Positions 1 through 13,135 of a DNA stretch of 64,000 nt are shown here, piece by piece. The stretch covers positions 188,482,001 to 188,546,000 of the forward strand of contig NC_086097.1 in NCBI RefSeq assembly GCF_963921235.1. Reading direction: 5' to 3'. A program made the translations under genes and the position numbers. The notes beneath the pieces are model-generated. The model was not told the DNA's origin. It did no database searches and worked only from the letters and a program-made list of their open reading frames with translations. Position 1 is the first letter of the stretch. Each line of letters opens with the position of its first letter. The DNA is from Mobula hypostoma (Eukaryota).

Positions 1-2091
1 GAGAAGTGAGGAAGGTGCAAGACAGGTATATTCCAAAAAATAAGAAAGTTTCGAATGGAAAAAGGATGCAATCGTGGTTGACAAGAGAAGTCAAAGCCAA
101 AGTTAAAGCAAAGGAGAGGGCATACAAGGAAGCAAAAATTAGTGGGAAGACAGAGGATTGGGAAGTTTTTAAAAGCTTACAAAAGGAAACTAAGAAGGTC
201 ACTAAGAGGGAAAAGATTAACTATGAAAGGAAGCTAGCAAATAATATCAAAGAGGATACTAAAAGCTTTTTCAAGTATATAAAGAGTAAAAGACAGGTGA
301 GAGTAGATATAGGACTGATAGAAAATGATGCTGGAGAAATTGCAATGGGAGATAAAGAGATGGCAGAGGAACTGAACGAGTATTTTGCATCAGTCTTCAC
401 TGAGGAAGTCATCAGCAGTATACTGGACACTCAAGGATGGCAGGGAAGAGAAATGTGCGCAGTCACAATTACAACAGAGAAAGTACTCAGGAAGCTGAAT
501 AGTCTAAAGGTAGATAAATCTCCCGGACAAGATGGAATGCACCCGTGTGTTCTGAAGGAAGTAGCTGTGGAGATTGCGGAGGCATTAGCGATGATCTTCA
601 AAAGTTGATAGATTCTGGCATGGTTCCAGAGGACTGGAAGATTGCAAATGTCACTCCGCTATTTAAGAAGGGGGCAAGGAAGCAAAAAGGAAATTATAGA
701 CCTGTTAGCTTGACATCGGTGGTTGGGAAGTTGTTGGAGTCAATTGTCAAGGATGAGGTTACAGAGTACCTGGAGGCATATGACAAGATAGGAAGAACTC
801 AACATGGATTCCTTAAAGGAAAATCCTGCCTGACAAACCTATTACAATTTTTTGAGGAAATGACCAGTAGGCTAGACAAGGGAGATGCAGTGGATGTTGT
901 ATATTTGGATTTTCAGAAGGCCTTTGACAAGGTGCCACTCATGAGGCTACTTAACAAGATAAGAGCCCATGGAATTACAGGAAAGTTACATACGTGGATA
1001 GAGTGTTGTCTGATTGGCAGGAAACAGAGAGTGGGAATAAAGGGATCCTATTCTGGTTGGCTGCCGGTTACCAGTGGTGTTCCTCAGGGGTCCGTTATGG
1101 GGTCGCTTCTTTTTACATTGTACATCAACGATTTGGATTATGGAATAGATGGCTTTGTGGCTAAGTTTGCTGACAATACGAAGATAGGTGGAGGGGCCGG
1201 TAGCGTTGAGGAAATGAAGAGTCTGCAGAGGGATAGATTAGAAGAATGGGCAAAGAAGTGGCAAATGAAATACAATGTTGGAAAGTATATGGTTATGCAC
1301 TTTGGCAGAAGAAATAAACGGGCAGACTATTATTTAAATGGGGAAAGAATTCAAATTTCTAAGATGCAACGGGACTTGGGAGTCCTCGTACAGGATACCC
1401 TTAAGGTTAACCTCCAGGTTGAGTCGGTAGTGAAAAAGGCGAATGCAATGTTGGCATTCATTTCTAGAGGAATAGAGTATAGGAGTAGGGATGTGATGTT
1501 GAGGCTCTATAAGGCACTGGTGACAACTTACTTGGGAGTACTGTGGGTAGTTTTGGTCTCCTTATTTAAGAAAGGATGTGCTGACATTGGAGAGGGTACA
1601 GAGAACATTCACTAGAATGATTCCGGGAATGAGAGGGTTAACATATGAGGAACATTTGTCCGCTCTTGGACTGTATTCCTTGGAGTTTAGAAGAATGAGG
1701 GGAGACCTCATGGAAACATTTCGAATATTGAAAGCCATGGACAGAGTGGATGTGGCAAAGTTGTTTCCCATGATGGGGGTCTAGTAGAGAGGGCATGACT
1801 TAAGGATTGAAGGGCACCCATTCAGAACAGAAATGCGAAGAAATTTTTTTAGTCAGAGGGTGGTGAATCTATGGAATTTGTTGCCACGGGCAGCAGTGGA
1901 GGCCAAGTCATTGGGGGTATTTAAGGCAAAGATTGATAGGTATCTGAGTAGCCAGGGCATCAAAGGTTATGGTGAGAAGGTGGGGGAGTGGGACTAAATG
2001 GGAGAATGGATCAGCTCATGATAAAATGGTGGAGCAGACTCGATGGGCCGAATGGCTGACTTCTGCTCCTTTGTCTGATGGTCTTATGGTC
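1..2091 (+). mobile_element. CR1-clade LINE, 3' part of ORF2 (frameshifted) and 3' tail
   Basis: ORFs 6..608, 545..1615, 1578..1784 carry CR1 RT motifs (NYRPVSLTSVVGK, QHGF, YLDFQKAFDKV, SGVPQGS, KFADNTK); ends in short tandem tail (tgatggtcttatggtc). Confidence 0.93.
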
Positions 2092-3059
2092 AAATTATAA
2101 ATTGTTGGCACAGTGAAATACAACAGTGCCAAATTACAAACCACGACAGCAGAAAACTGTCAAGTTGGTTTGTGGTCAATTTCAGCTGTGATGGTACTGG
2201 GTTTGCTGACTACAAGTTCAAAACCCAGATGAAGACCTTAAGCCCTATCTGATATAAGTAGCCACGAGTACTCTCACTAAAGATACTGGAACTACCCAAT
2301 CTTTAAAAATGAGCTCACTTTCCTGTTGATCCTTCACAGCGGGTTCAGCTCCCAATACCCACTATTCAAGTGGTGGGTCCCCTCATCCTACCAAGAAGGT
2401 ACTTCCAGCTAACAAAGTAGTTTAAAACACAGTTCATTCATTTTCAATGGCACACATTTAAATCCAAACAACATACTTGAAACATATTTAAAATGCAGGA
2501 TTTCTATGTTAAACATTTTCAAACTGCAAACCATTTCTAAAGCACAAAAGATTTCCAAAACACAGGTACAATTCCTGTAAGCTAAAAAGACATACTACCA
2601 ATGAAATGAGCAATCATCCAATGCAGAAATTGAAGCCAAAGGAATGGATTCTAGTTCACCCCACATTTCTTTCATGTTTCTTGATGTTCCTTTACCCATT
2701 CCTAATAAACCTGAACTTCTCTCTACATTTACACTGTTTCTTTCCACTTGGGAGACTTCACATGTATACCTTTTTACACAAACTGCCCCTTGGAAATAGT
2801 TCCCAGCTCCCCACAATTAATGTTATAAAGCTAACTTCTCCAAGTATACAAGCCTTCCAACTATAAGTGCATCAGTTATTTGTTATGCTATTTATTATCC
2901 ATCCATTCTGCATGTATTTTTGAACTATACAACTTAAATCAGTGTAGTCTATTTTGAAACAAGCCAATTTAAACAACCCATTCCTTCTACTGCAGCAATA
3001 AACAAGGTGCAGTGACAAACATCCTACTTTCTGCAGGAAGAGCATCTGCCATGCACACA

Positions 3060-3476
3060 AACACAAAATAATCTGCAGATGCTGGGGTCAAAGCAACACT
3101 CACAACATGCTGGAGGAACTCAGCAGGTCGGGCAACATCCGTGGAAACGATCAGTCAACGTTTCGAGCCGGAACCCTTCGTCAGGACTGGAGAGGGAAGG
3201 GGCAGAGGCCCTATAAAGAAGGTGGGGGAGGGTTAGAAGGAGAAGGCTGGTAGGTTCCAAGTGAAAAACCAGTAAGGGGAAAGATAAAGGGGGGGGGGTG
3301 GTTTCACCTGGAACCTACCAGCCTTCTCCTTCCCACCCTCCCCCACCTTCTTTATAGGGCCTCTGCCCCTTCCCCCTACAGTCCTGACGAAGGGTTCCTG
3401 CCTGAAACATTGACTGATCGTGTCCATGGATGCTGCCCGACCTGCTGAGTTCCTCCAGCGTGTTGTGAGTGTTGCT
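3060..3476. mobile_element. Foldback element made of two inverted Penelope-type 3' tails
   Basis: Arms ~3092-3271 and ~3299-3476 are reverse complements; each carries the tail and hammerhead-like motif seen at 19482-19578; flanked by imperfect 13-bp direct repeats at 3047-3059 and 3473-3485. Confidence 0.85.
3152..3189 (-). ncRNA. Minimal type I hammerhead-ribozyme-like motif (Penelope-associated)
   Basis: Minus strand reads CAGUC-CUGACGA-A-GGGU UCCG GCUC-GAAAC-GUU-GACUG: stem I CAGUC/GACUG, CUGANGA core, stem II, GAAA, palindromic ACGU stem III, GUU triplet. Confidence 0.6.
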
Positions 3477-3649
3477 ATGTACACAGCTTGTTTGCAAAGC
3501 TATGATTTCAAACTTCAAACTAATTATTGTGTACCATTTACATTTTCAAAATGGAAGACTGACTCCTTTTTATGACCAGAAACTAAACAAAGCATATTGT
3601 TGGAAGTTTAACTTACATGGTTTGATCTTACAAGTGGCAGCTGCTGTTT

Positions 3650-3656
3650 AGTAGTA

Positions 3657-3695
<39 letters not shown>

Positions 3696-4430
3696 ACTTC
3701 CTTGATCCAGAGTGGGAAATTCTTTTGTTACAGCAGCAACATTTAAAACAGTGTGCAGACTTAATAAAGTACAGAATAATAGTATACACAATAATGTACC
3801 AATGTGTAATAAAGTCCAATAATAATGTATAAAATTGTAAAGCAGAGACTATTGTACTATGATGTGTGTTCTCCTGTCACACAGAGATGAACTGTTGTGT
3901 ATGCTTATTGCATTTGGTCAAAAAAATTTCTGTAACGATCCTTGTGTCAGCATAGCTGAATGAGCCTATTCGAAAGGGTGCTCCGCTGCTTATTCAGTAG
4001 GTCATGGAGAGGATGTGCCTGACTGTCCATAATGAGTAACAGTTTGTTTAGTGACCTCCTCTCCACCACTACTCAAAAGAGGCCGCACTGTAGGCAAGGA
4101 TAGATTCAGCCTTTCTGATGAATTTATTTAGTCTTTTTACATCACCTGCACTGATGCTGCTCTCCCAACACAAAGCCACAAAAAACTGGTAAAACATCTC
4201 CAACATGCATACTTTGAAGGATCTCAGATTCCTTAGAAAATGGAGTCTGCTCATCCCCTTCTTGTAAACAGCCTCGGTGTTGGTTTTCCTGTCAAGTCTG
4301 TTGTTGAGGTGAACACTCCAGTATTTGTACCCCTCCACCACCACAACTTCTTCCAGAATGTATACAGGACTGAGCTTGGCAAAAACATGAGGCCCCTGTC
4401 CCAGGAAGCAAGAATTCATCACACAGGCAA
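3650..4430 (-). mobile_element. Rex1/Babar-type non-LTR element, 3' fragment with (TTA)n tail
   Basis: ORF 4069..4632 contains YKYWSVHLNNRLD...NTEAVYKKGMSRLHFLRNLRSF...MLEMFYQ, typical of the Rex1 RT C-terminus; (TAA)n run at ~3658-3691 marks the 3' end. Confidence 0.75.
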
Positions 4431-4624
4431 AACTTAAAATATTACATCTCTTTCTGCTAGTGCTGAGTTTCCCATGTCTATTTATAAAATAATTTTCACT
4501 GGCACTTGTAATGGAACCAAACATCATGCTTGCAGGTAAAATTGCATACAGTGCAGCTATTGCCTCAAAATGAATATTCAGTAGTGTTTCAAAGAAACTT
4601 AACATAATAGAACTGAATACATTA

Positions 4625-4759
<135 letters not shown>

Positions 4760-4925
4760 CTACATACAAAAAGCAAAAAAGCATTTACTGTGAGGTAGTT
4801 GTATTCTGGAGAGCCTTTGGTTAGCATGCATCTTGGTAAACAAACAAAGAAATTTACCTCTTGTAGTTTTCCCAGTGTTCATAGTGATAGAGACCTCCCT
4901 AAAGCTATTTCTAAAACCTTTAAAC

Positions 4926-7900
4926 CAGGGGTAGGCAACCTTTTTACCTCTGTGGGCCAGATCGTGTATTAATGAGCGGATAAATGTCATAAAAAACTTG
5001 AAATATGGGAATTATCCATTTAAGTACATCTAGTTATGTTTTGCCTCAAATTAATGAATAATGCATGCTAGAAAATCATTTGTGCTTAACCAAGGATGCC
5101 AATTAGTAATCTAAGAACTCAGTTTAGTTGCAATTTATTTCAATCAAGGCATCTTTTGAATCTATTAAAAGGACACAAAGAATCTTTAAACATAAAACAT
5201 ATGAACATGATGCACTGAATAGTGGTAATTTCAGTATGATAAAAAAGAAAATTTTAATGCAAACAGTTGATAAATCAATGTGAAACTTGATGCTGTTTGT
5301 TGTTTGAAAGCTTCTCAATACTGGGTGTCAGACTTGTTGATGCAAGAGCAAGACATTATCCAGATGGGCATCAGTCAATCTTGTTCTCAAATGGTTCTTG
5401 GTGTGCTTCATTTTTGAAAATAATTGCTCACATAGGTAAGTGCTGCCAAACAATGATGCCATCACATGTAAATATCTGGATATTTAGCGTGGATTTCTTG
5501 TTGAAACAGTGACACTGTTTCTGTTTACAAATTTGAACGATCCCATCTAGTCTTGAGGGGGAGCAATATCCTTGCAGTAGGTTTGCTAGCATGGTTCGGG
5601 AGGGTTTAAACTAATTTGCAAGGGGGATGGGACCCAGACCGATAGAGTAGTGAAAGAAGTGCATGGAGTAAAGCCAGATCTAACATATAGAGAAGCTTTG
5701 AGGAAAGAGAAGCAGAATAAACGGTGTAAAGACAGTAAGGTAGAAGGGCTGAAATGTGTGTACCTCAATGCAAGAAGCATCAGGAACAAAGGTGATGAAC
5801 TGAGAGCTTGGATACATACATGGAATTATGATGTAGTGGCCATTACAGAGACTTGGCTGGCACCAGGGCAGGAATGGATTCTCAATATTCCTGGATTTCA
5901 GTGCTTTAAAAGGGATAGAGAGGGCTGAAAAGGGGGAGGAGGGGTGGCATTACTGGTCAGAGATACTATTACAGCTACAGAAAGGGTGGGTAATGTAGCA
6001 GGATCCTCTTTCGAGTCAGTATGGGTGGAAGTCAGGAACAGGAAGGAAGCAGTTACTCTACTGGGGGTATTCTATAGGCACCCTGGTAGCAGCAGAGATA
6101 CAGAGGAGCAGATTGAGAGGCAGATTTTGGAAAAGTGCAAAAATAACAGGGTTGTTATCATGGGTGACTTTAACTTCCCTAATAGTAATTGGCACCTGAT
6201 TAGTTCCAAGGGTTTAGATGGGGCAGAGTTTGCTAAGTATGTCCAGGACAGATTCCTGTCACAGTATGTGGACATGCCGACTAGGGGGAATGCCATACTA
6301 GATCTAGTACTTGGTAATGAACCGGGTCAGGTCACAGATCTCTCAGTGGGTGAGCATCTGGGGGACAGTGACCACTGCTCCCTGGCCTTTAGCATTATCA
6401 TGGAAAAGGAGAGAATCAAAGAGGACAGGAAAATTTTTAATTGGGAAGGGCAAATTATGAGGCTATAAGGCTAGAACTTGCAGGTGTGAATTGGGATGAT
6501 GTTTTTGCAGGGAAATATACTATGGACATGTGGTCGATGTTCAGAGATCTCTTGCAGGATGTTAGGAATAAATTTGTCCCGGTGAGGAAGATAAAGAATG
6601 GTAGGATGAAGGAACCATGGGTGACAAGTGAGGTGGAAAATCTAGTCAGGTGGAAGAAGGCAGCATACATGAGGTTTAGGAAGCAAGGATCAGATGGGTC
6701 TATTGCAGAATATAGGGAAGCAAGAAAGGAGCTTAAGAAGGGGCTGAGAAGAGCAAGAAGAGGGCATGAGAAGGCCTTGGTGAGTAGGGTGAAGGAAAAC
6801 CCCAAGGCATTCTTCAATTATGTGAAGAAAAAAAAGACGACAGGAGTAAAGGTAGGACCGATTAGAGATAAAGGTGGGAAGATGTGCCTGGAGGCTGTGG
6901 AAGTGAGCGAGGTCCTCAATGAATACTTCTCTTCGGTATTCACCAATGAGAGGGAACTTGATGATGGTGAGGACAATATGAGTGAGGTTGATGTTCTGGA
7001 GCATGTTGATATTAAGGGAGAGGAGGTGTTGGAGTTGTTAAAATACATTAGGACGGGTAAGTCCACTGGGCCTGATGGAATATTCCCCAGGCTGCTCCAC
7101 GAGGTGAGAGAAGAGATTGCTGAGCCTCTGGCTAGGATCTTTTTGTCCTCATTGTCCACGGGAATGGTACCGGAGGATTGGAGGGAGGCGAATGTTGTCC
7201 CCTTGATCAAAAAAGGTAGTAGGGATAGTCCGGGTAATTATAGACCAATGAGCCTTACGTCTGTGGTGGGAAAGCTGTTGGAAAAGATTCTTAGAGATAG
7301 GATCTCTGGGCACTTAGAGAATCATGGTCTGATCAGGGATAGTCAGCATGGCTTTGTGAAGGGCAGATCCTGTCTAACAAGCCTGATAAAGTTCTTTGAG
7401 GAGGTCACCAGGCATATAGGTGAGGGTAGTGCACTGGATGTGATCTATATGGATTTTAGTAAGGCATCTGACAAGGGTCCACACGGTAGGCTTATTCAGA
7501 AAGTCAGAAAGCATGGGATCCAGGGAAGTTAGGCCAGGTGAATTCAGAATTGGCTTGCCTGCAGAAGGCAGAGGGTCGTGGTGGAGGGAGTACATTCAGA
7601 TTGGAGGATTGTGACTAGTGGTGTCCCACAAGGATCTGTTCTGGGACCTCTACTTTTCGTGATTTTTATTAAAGAACTGGATGTGGGGGTAGAAGGGTGG
7701 GTTGGCAAGTTTGCAGACAACAAAAAGGTTGGTGGTGTTGTAGATAGTGTAGAGGATTGTCAAAGATTGCAGAGACATATTGATAGGATGCTGCAGTGGG
7801 CTGAGAAGTGGCAGATGGAGTTCAACCCAGAGAAGGGTGAGGTGGTACAATTTGAAAGGACAAACTCCAAGGCAGAGTACAAAGTAAATGGCAGGATACT

Positions 7901-8867
7901 TGGTAGTGTGGAGGAGCAGAGGGATCTTGGGGTACATGTCCACAGATCCTTGAAAGTTGCCTCACAGCTGGATAGGGTAGTTAAGAAAGCTTATGGGATG
8001 TTAGCTTTCATAAGTCGAGGGACAGAGTTTAAGAGTCACGATGTAATGATGCAGCTCTATAAAACTCTGGTTAGGCCACACTTGGAGTACTGTGTCCAGT
8101 TCTGGTCGCCTCACTATAGGAAGGATGTGGAAGCATTGGAAAGGGTACAGAAGAGCTGCCTGGTTTGGAAAGCATGCATTATGATCAGAGATTAAGGGAG
8201 CTAGGGCTTTACTCTTTGGAGAGCAGGAGGATGAGAGGAGACATGATAGAGGTGTCAAGATAATAAGAAGAATAGAAAAAGTGGATAGCCAGCACCTCTT
8301 CCCCAGGGCACCACTGCTCAATACAAGAGGACGTGGCTTTAAGGTAAGGGGTGGGAAGTTCAAGGGGGATATTAGAGTAAGGTTTTTTACTCAGAGAGTA
8401 GTTGGTGCGTGGAATGCACTGCCTGAGTCAGTGGTGGAGGCAGATACACTCGTGAAGTTTAAGAGACTACTAGACAGGTATATGGAGGAATTTAAAGTGG
8501 GGGCTTATATGGGAGGCAGGGTTTGAGGGTCGGCACAACATTGTGGGCCGAAGGGCCTGTACTGCACTGTACTATTCTATATTCTAAAACCTGTACGTGC
8601 CCGGTAAGTATCCAATACATATTAATAAGGTAGTCTGCCTTCCCGTCATTCGTATATACCAGTGTTTGATTTGGAACAAAATGGAACCTGGGGCCAGTTT
8701 AACAAGTTGCCATGCATGTTCATCAGTGTGGTCATGTGAAACACTCAGAATAAGGGAAAATCGCTCACGGGCCGGATAAGCTTAGTATCCCAATATCTGC
8801 TTGTGAACCGGTCAAAATACCTTTGTGGGCTGGATCTGGCCCACAGGCCATAGGTTGCCTACCCCTG
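4926..8867 (-). mobile_element. hAT (Charlie-type) DNA transposon, internally deleted and interrupted by a CR1
   Basis: 16-bp TIRs CAGGGGTAGGCAACCT (4926-4941) / AGGTTGCCTACCCCTG (8852-8867); perfect 8-bp TSD CTTTAAAC (4918-4925, 8868-8875); minus-strand remnant ASLFGSTYLCEQLFSKMKHTKNHLRTRLTDAHLDN (~5350-5460) of the hAT dimerisation domain. Confidence 0.9.
5550..8586 (+). mobile_element. CR1-clade LINE with near-complete ORF2 (APE endonuclease + RT), several stops and frameshifts
   Basis: ORFs 5650..5928 (YLNARSIRNK, YDVVAITETW), 5944..6468 (MGDFNFP, SDHC), 6441..7532, 7578..8195 (GVPQGSVLGP, KFAD), 8281..8526; tail tattctatattcta. Confidence 0.95.
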
Positions 8868-9464
8868 CTTTAAACCATGCCAGTGATACTGATAGATACT
8901 GGTGTGCAAAGCCACTCCAATCCAGAGAACAGCAAGCTTCAGGAATCAAATTCCCACATTAGTAGCAACTTGTATCACTATTCTAACTTCAGGCAGTATT
9001 CCTTAAGTTACCTCACAATTATGCCAGCACTCTTTCCACTGCCAGGAAATATATACAGATAATGAGCATGTGTTATAATGATGGGAGAACTGAGGGATAT
9101 AGACCATATGCAGTTCAAATTGGCATCACAGTCAGCAGAGACAGAATTTCTTCTAGTCATTTTATTTTGAAGAGTAACCTGCCGAAACAATTTTGGACTT
9201 TGGTGACTGGAATTTAGATCAGTCTACATAGTCTGACAAAATGTTGTGTAGCATTCTGAACAAGACTGTAGAAAAGATGAGCCAACATCATTAATAATGC
9301 TCAGTTCCAGTCTTGTTAGTAAAAGCTGTTACGAACAGAATAGCACCAATAGCGATTCAGGCCAAAACTATTGTAAATCTCACCAGAAATGAAATGAATT
9401 TTGGGTATTACAGTAATTCCACTATTTATTAAAGGGATGTGTTCCTGGAGCATGTCTCTTTTTA

Positions 9465-9720
9465 TTTATTGAGATACAGCAGAGAAAGCTCTTTCGGCTC
9501 TTCGAGCCACGCTGCCCAGCAACCGCCCAATTACGGAACAATTTACAATGACCAAATAAGCTACCAGCCGGTATGTCTTTGAACTCTGGGAGGAAACTGA
9601 AGCACCCAAAGGAAACTCACACGGAGAGAACATACAAACTCCTTACAGGCAGCGGTAGGAATTGTACCCATCCGGGTTGCCTGTATTGTAAAGTGTATAC
9701 CACTAGGCTACTGTGCCATC
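9465..9720 (-). mobile_element. V-domain tRNA-derived SINE (HE1-like), degenerate
   Basis: Reverse complement contains gtttcctcccagagttcaaagac (V-domain-like); similar to 21572-21868. Confidence 0.6.
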
Positions 9721-9794
9721 TTTTTACGTTTGTATAATTATACATTGAAAAGACTAGGTGAAATGCATTGCAGTACCCAGTTTTTTAGAAAAAG

Positions 9795-10027
9795 GGAGGG
9801 GAGGGAACGTCGACTCAGACCATGAGAGGCCTGCGTCGGGCATTTTCATGCCTTACAAGGCACAGATTGGAAGTCTGTGTGGGACGCCACTCCTTGCACA
9901 GACACTAGAGCAATGTGTGGTTAAGTGCCTTGCTCAAGGACACAAACACACTGCCACAGCTGAGGCTCGAACTAACAACCTTCAGATCACTAGACGAATG
10001 CCTTAACCACTTGGCCACGTGCCCACA
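9795..10027 (-). mobile_element. tRNA-derived SINE with 12-bp TSD
   Basis: Minus-strand head with A box TGGCCAAGTGG and B box GTTCGAGCC; TSD TTTTAGAAAAAG at 9783-9794 and 10028-10039; close second copy at ~17928-18151. Confidence 0.85.
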
Positions 10028-10109
10028 TTTTAGAAAAAGATGCTTTATAATTTGTAAGCATTTACTCCAGAGTCAATAGCATTATGCCAAAAAAAAACTG
10101 TTCAGAAAA

Positions 10110-10860
10110 ACAAATAAAACTGCAAATGCTGCAATTGGAAACACAAGGTTGAAAGAACCCAAACAATCAAGCAGCATCTGTGGAAAGAGAAAACAGTCAA
10201 TGCTTCAGGGACTCTTCCCCAGAACTGGTGTGTTTGGAGGGTGCAATGGAAGGTTTGCTTTTTCAAAGCAGAGCTGGAGCAGGGGTGAAGAGTGAGGTAG
10301 AGAGCTATGTGGAGATAGGTTAAAGACAGTTAAAATGATAAAGAGAAAAAATAATGACCCTAAGGGAGACATTTTGTAGAAATTGCGTGAGAAAGAGACA
10401 CCACCATGAGACAGAGACAGCAATAGACCTAAAGTTGGAAAATTCAATGTTCACTTGAGAGAGTTGCAAAGTGCTCAGATGTAAGATACCAAGTTGTTCA
10501 AGTTTACTCTGAGCTTTACTGTAGTGGTGGTGGAGGATTAACAGGTTGAAATGAAAGTGGAATTGAGAATTAAAACAATCCCCTGCAGACTAGGCAAAGA
10601 TGTTCTGCAAAATGACCCCAGTATGATTTCTCCAACGTAGAAGAGACTACATGGTGAACAGCAAATACAATATGCTAAACATGGTCCAAGTGACGATTCG
10701 AAGGACTGCTTTATCTGGATTGATTCTTTGCACCCCTGTATGGTGGGAAAGGAAGAGGTGCTGCATCTCATTAGTTTGCATGGGAAGGTACCATGGGTCC
10801 AGGAATGTTGGGGGTTAGGGTGATAGATCAACAGACCAGAGAGTCTTGAGGTGAGTGGTC
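10110..10860 (-). mobile_element. Old degenerate Penelope-like element fragment
   Basis: Minus strand shows decayed GIY-YIG segment (YCICCSPCSLFYVGE, ORF 10538..10831) and a decayed tail like 19500-19578. Confidence 0.6.
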
Positions 10861-11567
10861 CACTTTATTAAGCTCAATTTCCTGTTCATTCTCATTTAGG
10901 TGCATAAATCACAAATTCCAATCTGGTTGTAACTCGTCAGAAACGTGTCCAAAATTCATGCGTGTCACACAGTCTTTCGTTTCGCGCCTTGTAAGGCATA
11001 AAATTCAATGCCATAGTAATATGATTCTTTTGGCTGTGCAAATGAATTACTAACTCATTAAAGTTAAATTTGGGTTTTGGAATTTATAATTAATGAATTA
11101 CAAAGAACTATGCAACTTTACATTTGTTGATGTTAGAATTTTTCCAATCAACATTAACAAAACATTAACAGCAAAAGGGCTATCCATTTGTTAATTATCT
11201 TATAAGGATACTTGGCTAACATTCTTGCTAAACAAGTACATTTAACTCTGTATTTATACAGGCATTTGACTCATTCAATTTTTTTTTAAATGTCTAACTT
11301 TACTTCTGGATGAATTTTCCTAACCGCGAAACACAGAGTCAAAAATGATGCTCATAAATAGAAAACCAAACTACAAGAATTATGTAAAAAAGACTTTCAT
11401 AAACAAGCTATTAATCCTGTTTGAAAACTAATTCTATACTTTTTTCAAATATTTGATGTGGGTGCGAGTCTGCAGGTATCTGTACTTCACACTGATCTCC
11501 TTTGAGAATTAATTAACACCAGGCAGTGACAAAATTTCATTTTCACCAATAGGAATGTTTTACTCAC

Positions 11568-11627
11568 AGTAAAATTCAGTTGACAGCCTCCCATAACGTA
11601 ATCCAAGAAAGTGTACTCCTTCACAAC
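11568..11627 (-). CDS. CPNE3: Copine-3-like copy A, coding exon 9
   Basis: VVKEYTFLDYVMGGCQLNFT; tctacag acceptor, GTGAGT donor; 60 nt. Confidence 0.93.
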
Positions 11628-13048
11628 CTGTAGATTAAGCACAAGAGAACTAAAACAATGTTGTTTATTTTTGAGTAAGTGTCAGCCATAAGTGTTTCTG
11701 CAAACCATTTGTGTGATTTAGGAGGATTTAATGCTTCATTCTCATTTGATAAATGCAAATGCATTTGGAATTTGCAAATAAAAATACATTTTGTGATTCT
11801 TAACAGGAACAAGCCACAAAATAATTTATTGATTGCTTGCAGAGATCAAGCAGAAAACCTACGAATGAATTACTAGATCCACAGCAAAATATTTCTTAGC
11901 TAAATTTCTACTAAAGGAAAAATGTTCTGAACCCTGAAGCAATTGAAAAATATTGGATGGGTTAAAGATAATAAAATAGCTACTAATAATGATTTTAGCA
12001 TCTTTGAAAGTGGATAAATTGCCAAATCCAAATGAAATATATCCTAGGCTTTCCAAGGAATTAAGGAAGATCATTTTCTAATCTGTCCTGGTTGAAAGGA
12101 TGGTGTCAGAGTACAACATTGTACCACAGTTTAAGAACAATGTAATGAATAAACAAGTAATTAAGGGCCAGTTAATTCCAATGGCGGATAATGTATTGGC
12201 ATCAATTCTAAGCCAAGTACTGACTGGCCTTCTGATCATAATTAGCAGGAATCAGGGTTTTAGAGAATTGATGCAACAATATGGAAAAGGCGACATATCA
12301 CAATGTGTTCCTCTAATTATTTCACTTTTTATATCAACCTATCTTTATTTGAATATCTACTACTTCGACGATTACCTCTGATGTCATAGGAATACATGGA
12401 AATAGGTCCTTCAGTCCCACTCCGTCCATGCCAACTGAGTTGCCTCACTGAGATAATGCAATCTGGCTGCATTTATCCTGTATCTTTCTTACCTACATAC
12501 CTGTCCAAATCTCTTAAATGCTGTAAATTTACTCGACTCTACGCGTTGCACATACTCACCACCCTCTATATCATGAGCACGTGCCTCAAATCCTTTTAAA
12601 TCTTTCTCTGTAACTTTAAACCTATGTCCTCTTGTTGTTGGCTCCATAACCCTGGGGTAAAGACCTTGCCTAATAACCTTATCCATGTGCCTCATAATTT
12701 GAGTGCAGCATTTCTTTGTAAGAAGCTATCCTGCAGATATAGTGCTTTGCTTTCAACATTACTAGCATTTTGTGTCCAGCCCTTATCCACATTACAGTGT
12801 GGAATTCCCAACTGTCTTCTAGATCATAGCATCAAACTTTTAGTCTGCACGTATCTGCAGTCAACTAATTTAGAATCATTACTTTATAAATGCTGTTCCA
12901 GTTTAACCCTGGCATGAAAAACAGTCACAAAACAAAAGGTATTGATGGAGGAGAGGTGTGGGGTAGAAAGGACAGGGGTAGAGGTTGACAAACAAATTTT
13001 GCTATTTATAAGGCTAACCTCCTTCCTCAAAGATCTAATGCTTCTTAC

Positions 13049-13135
13049 CTGGCATAATTTAAAAGTGACAATTCCTGAGTTTTTGTAGCTTTTCTTTTTT
13101 TGTTTCTTCTTTGGATGAATGCACTCAAACTCCAT
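13049..13135 (-). CDS. CPNE3: Copine-3-like copy A, coding exon 8
   Basis: [29 protein letters not shown] (Lys-rich copine segment); ccctgcag acceptor, GTAAGA donor; 87 nt. Confidence 0.94.

Noticed and set aside
9950..10027. tRNA genes here and at ~18070-18151, ~21572-21650 and ~51450-51518
   Set aside because: A/B boxes are present but as heads of SINEs attached to body and tail sequence, one with a clear TSD; no convincing cloverleaf.
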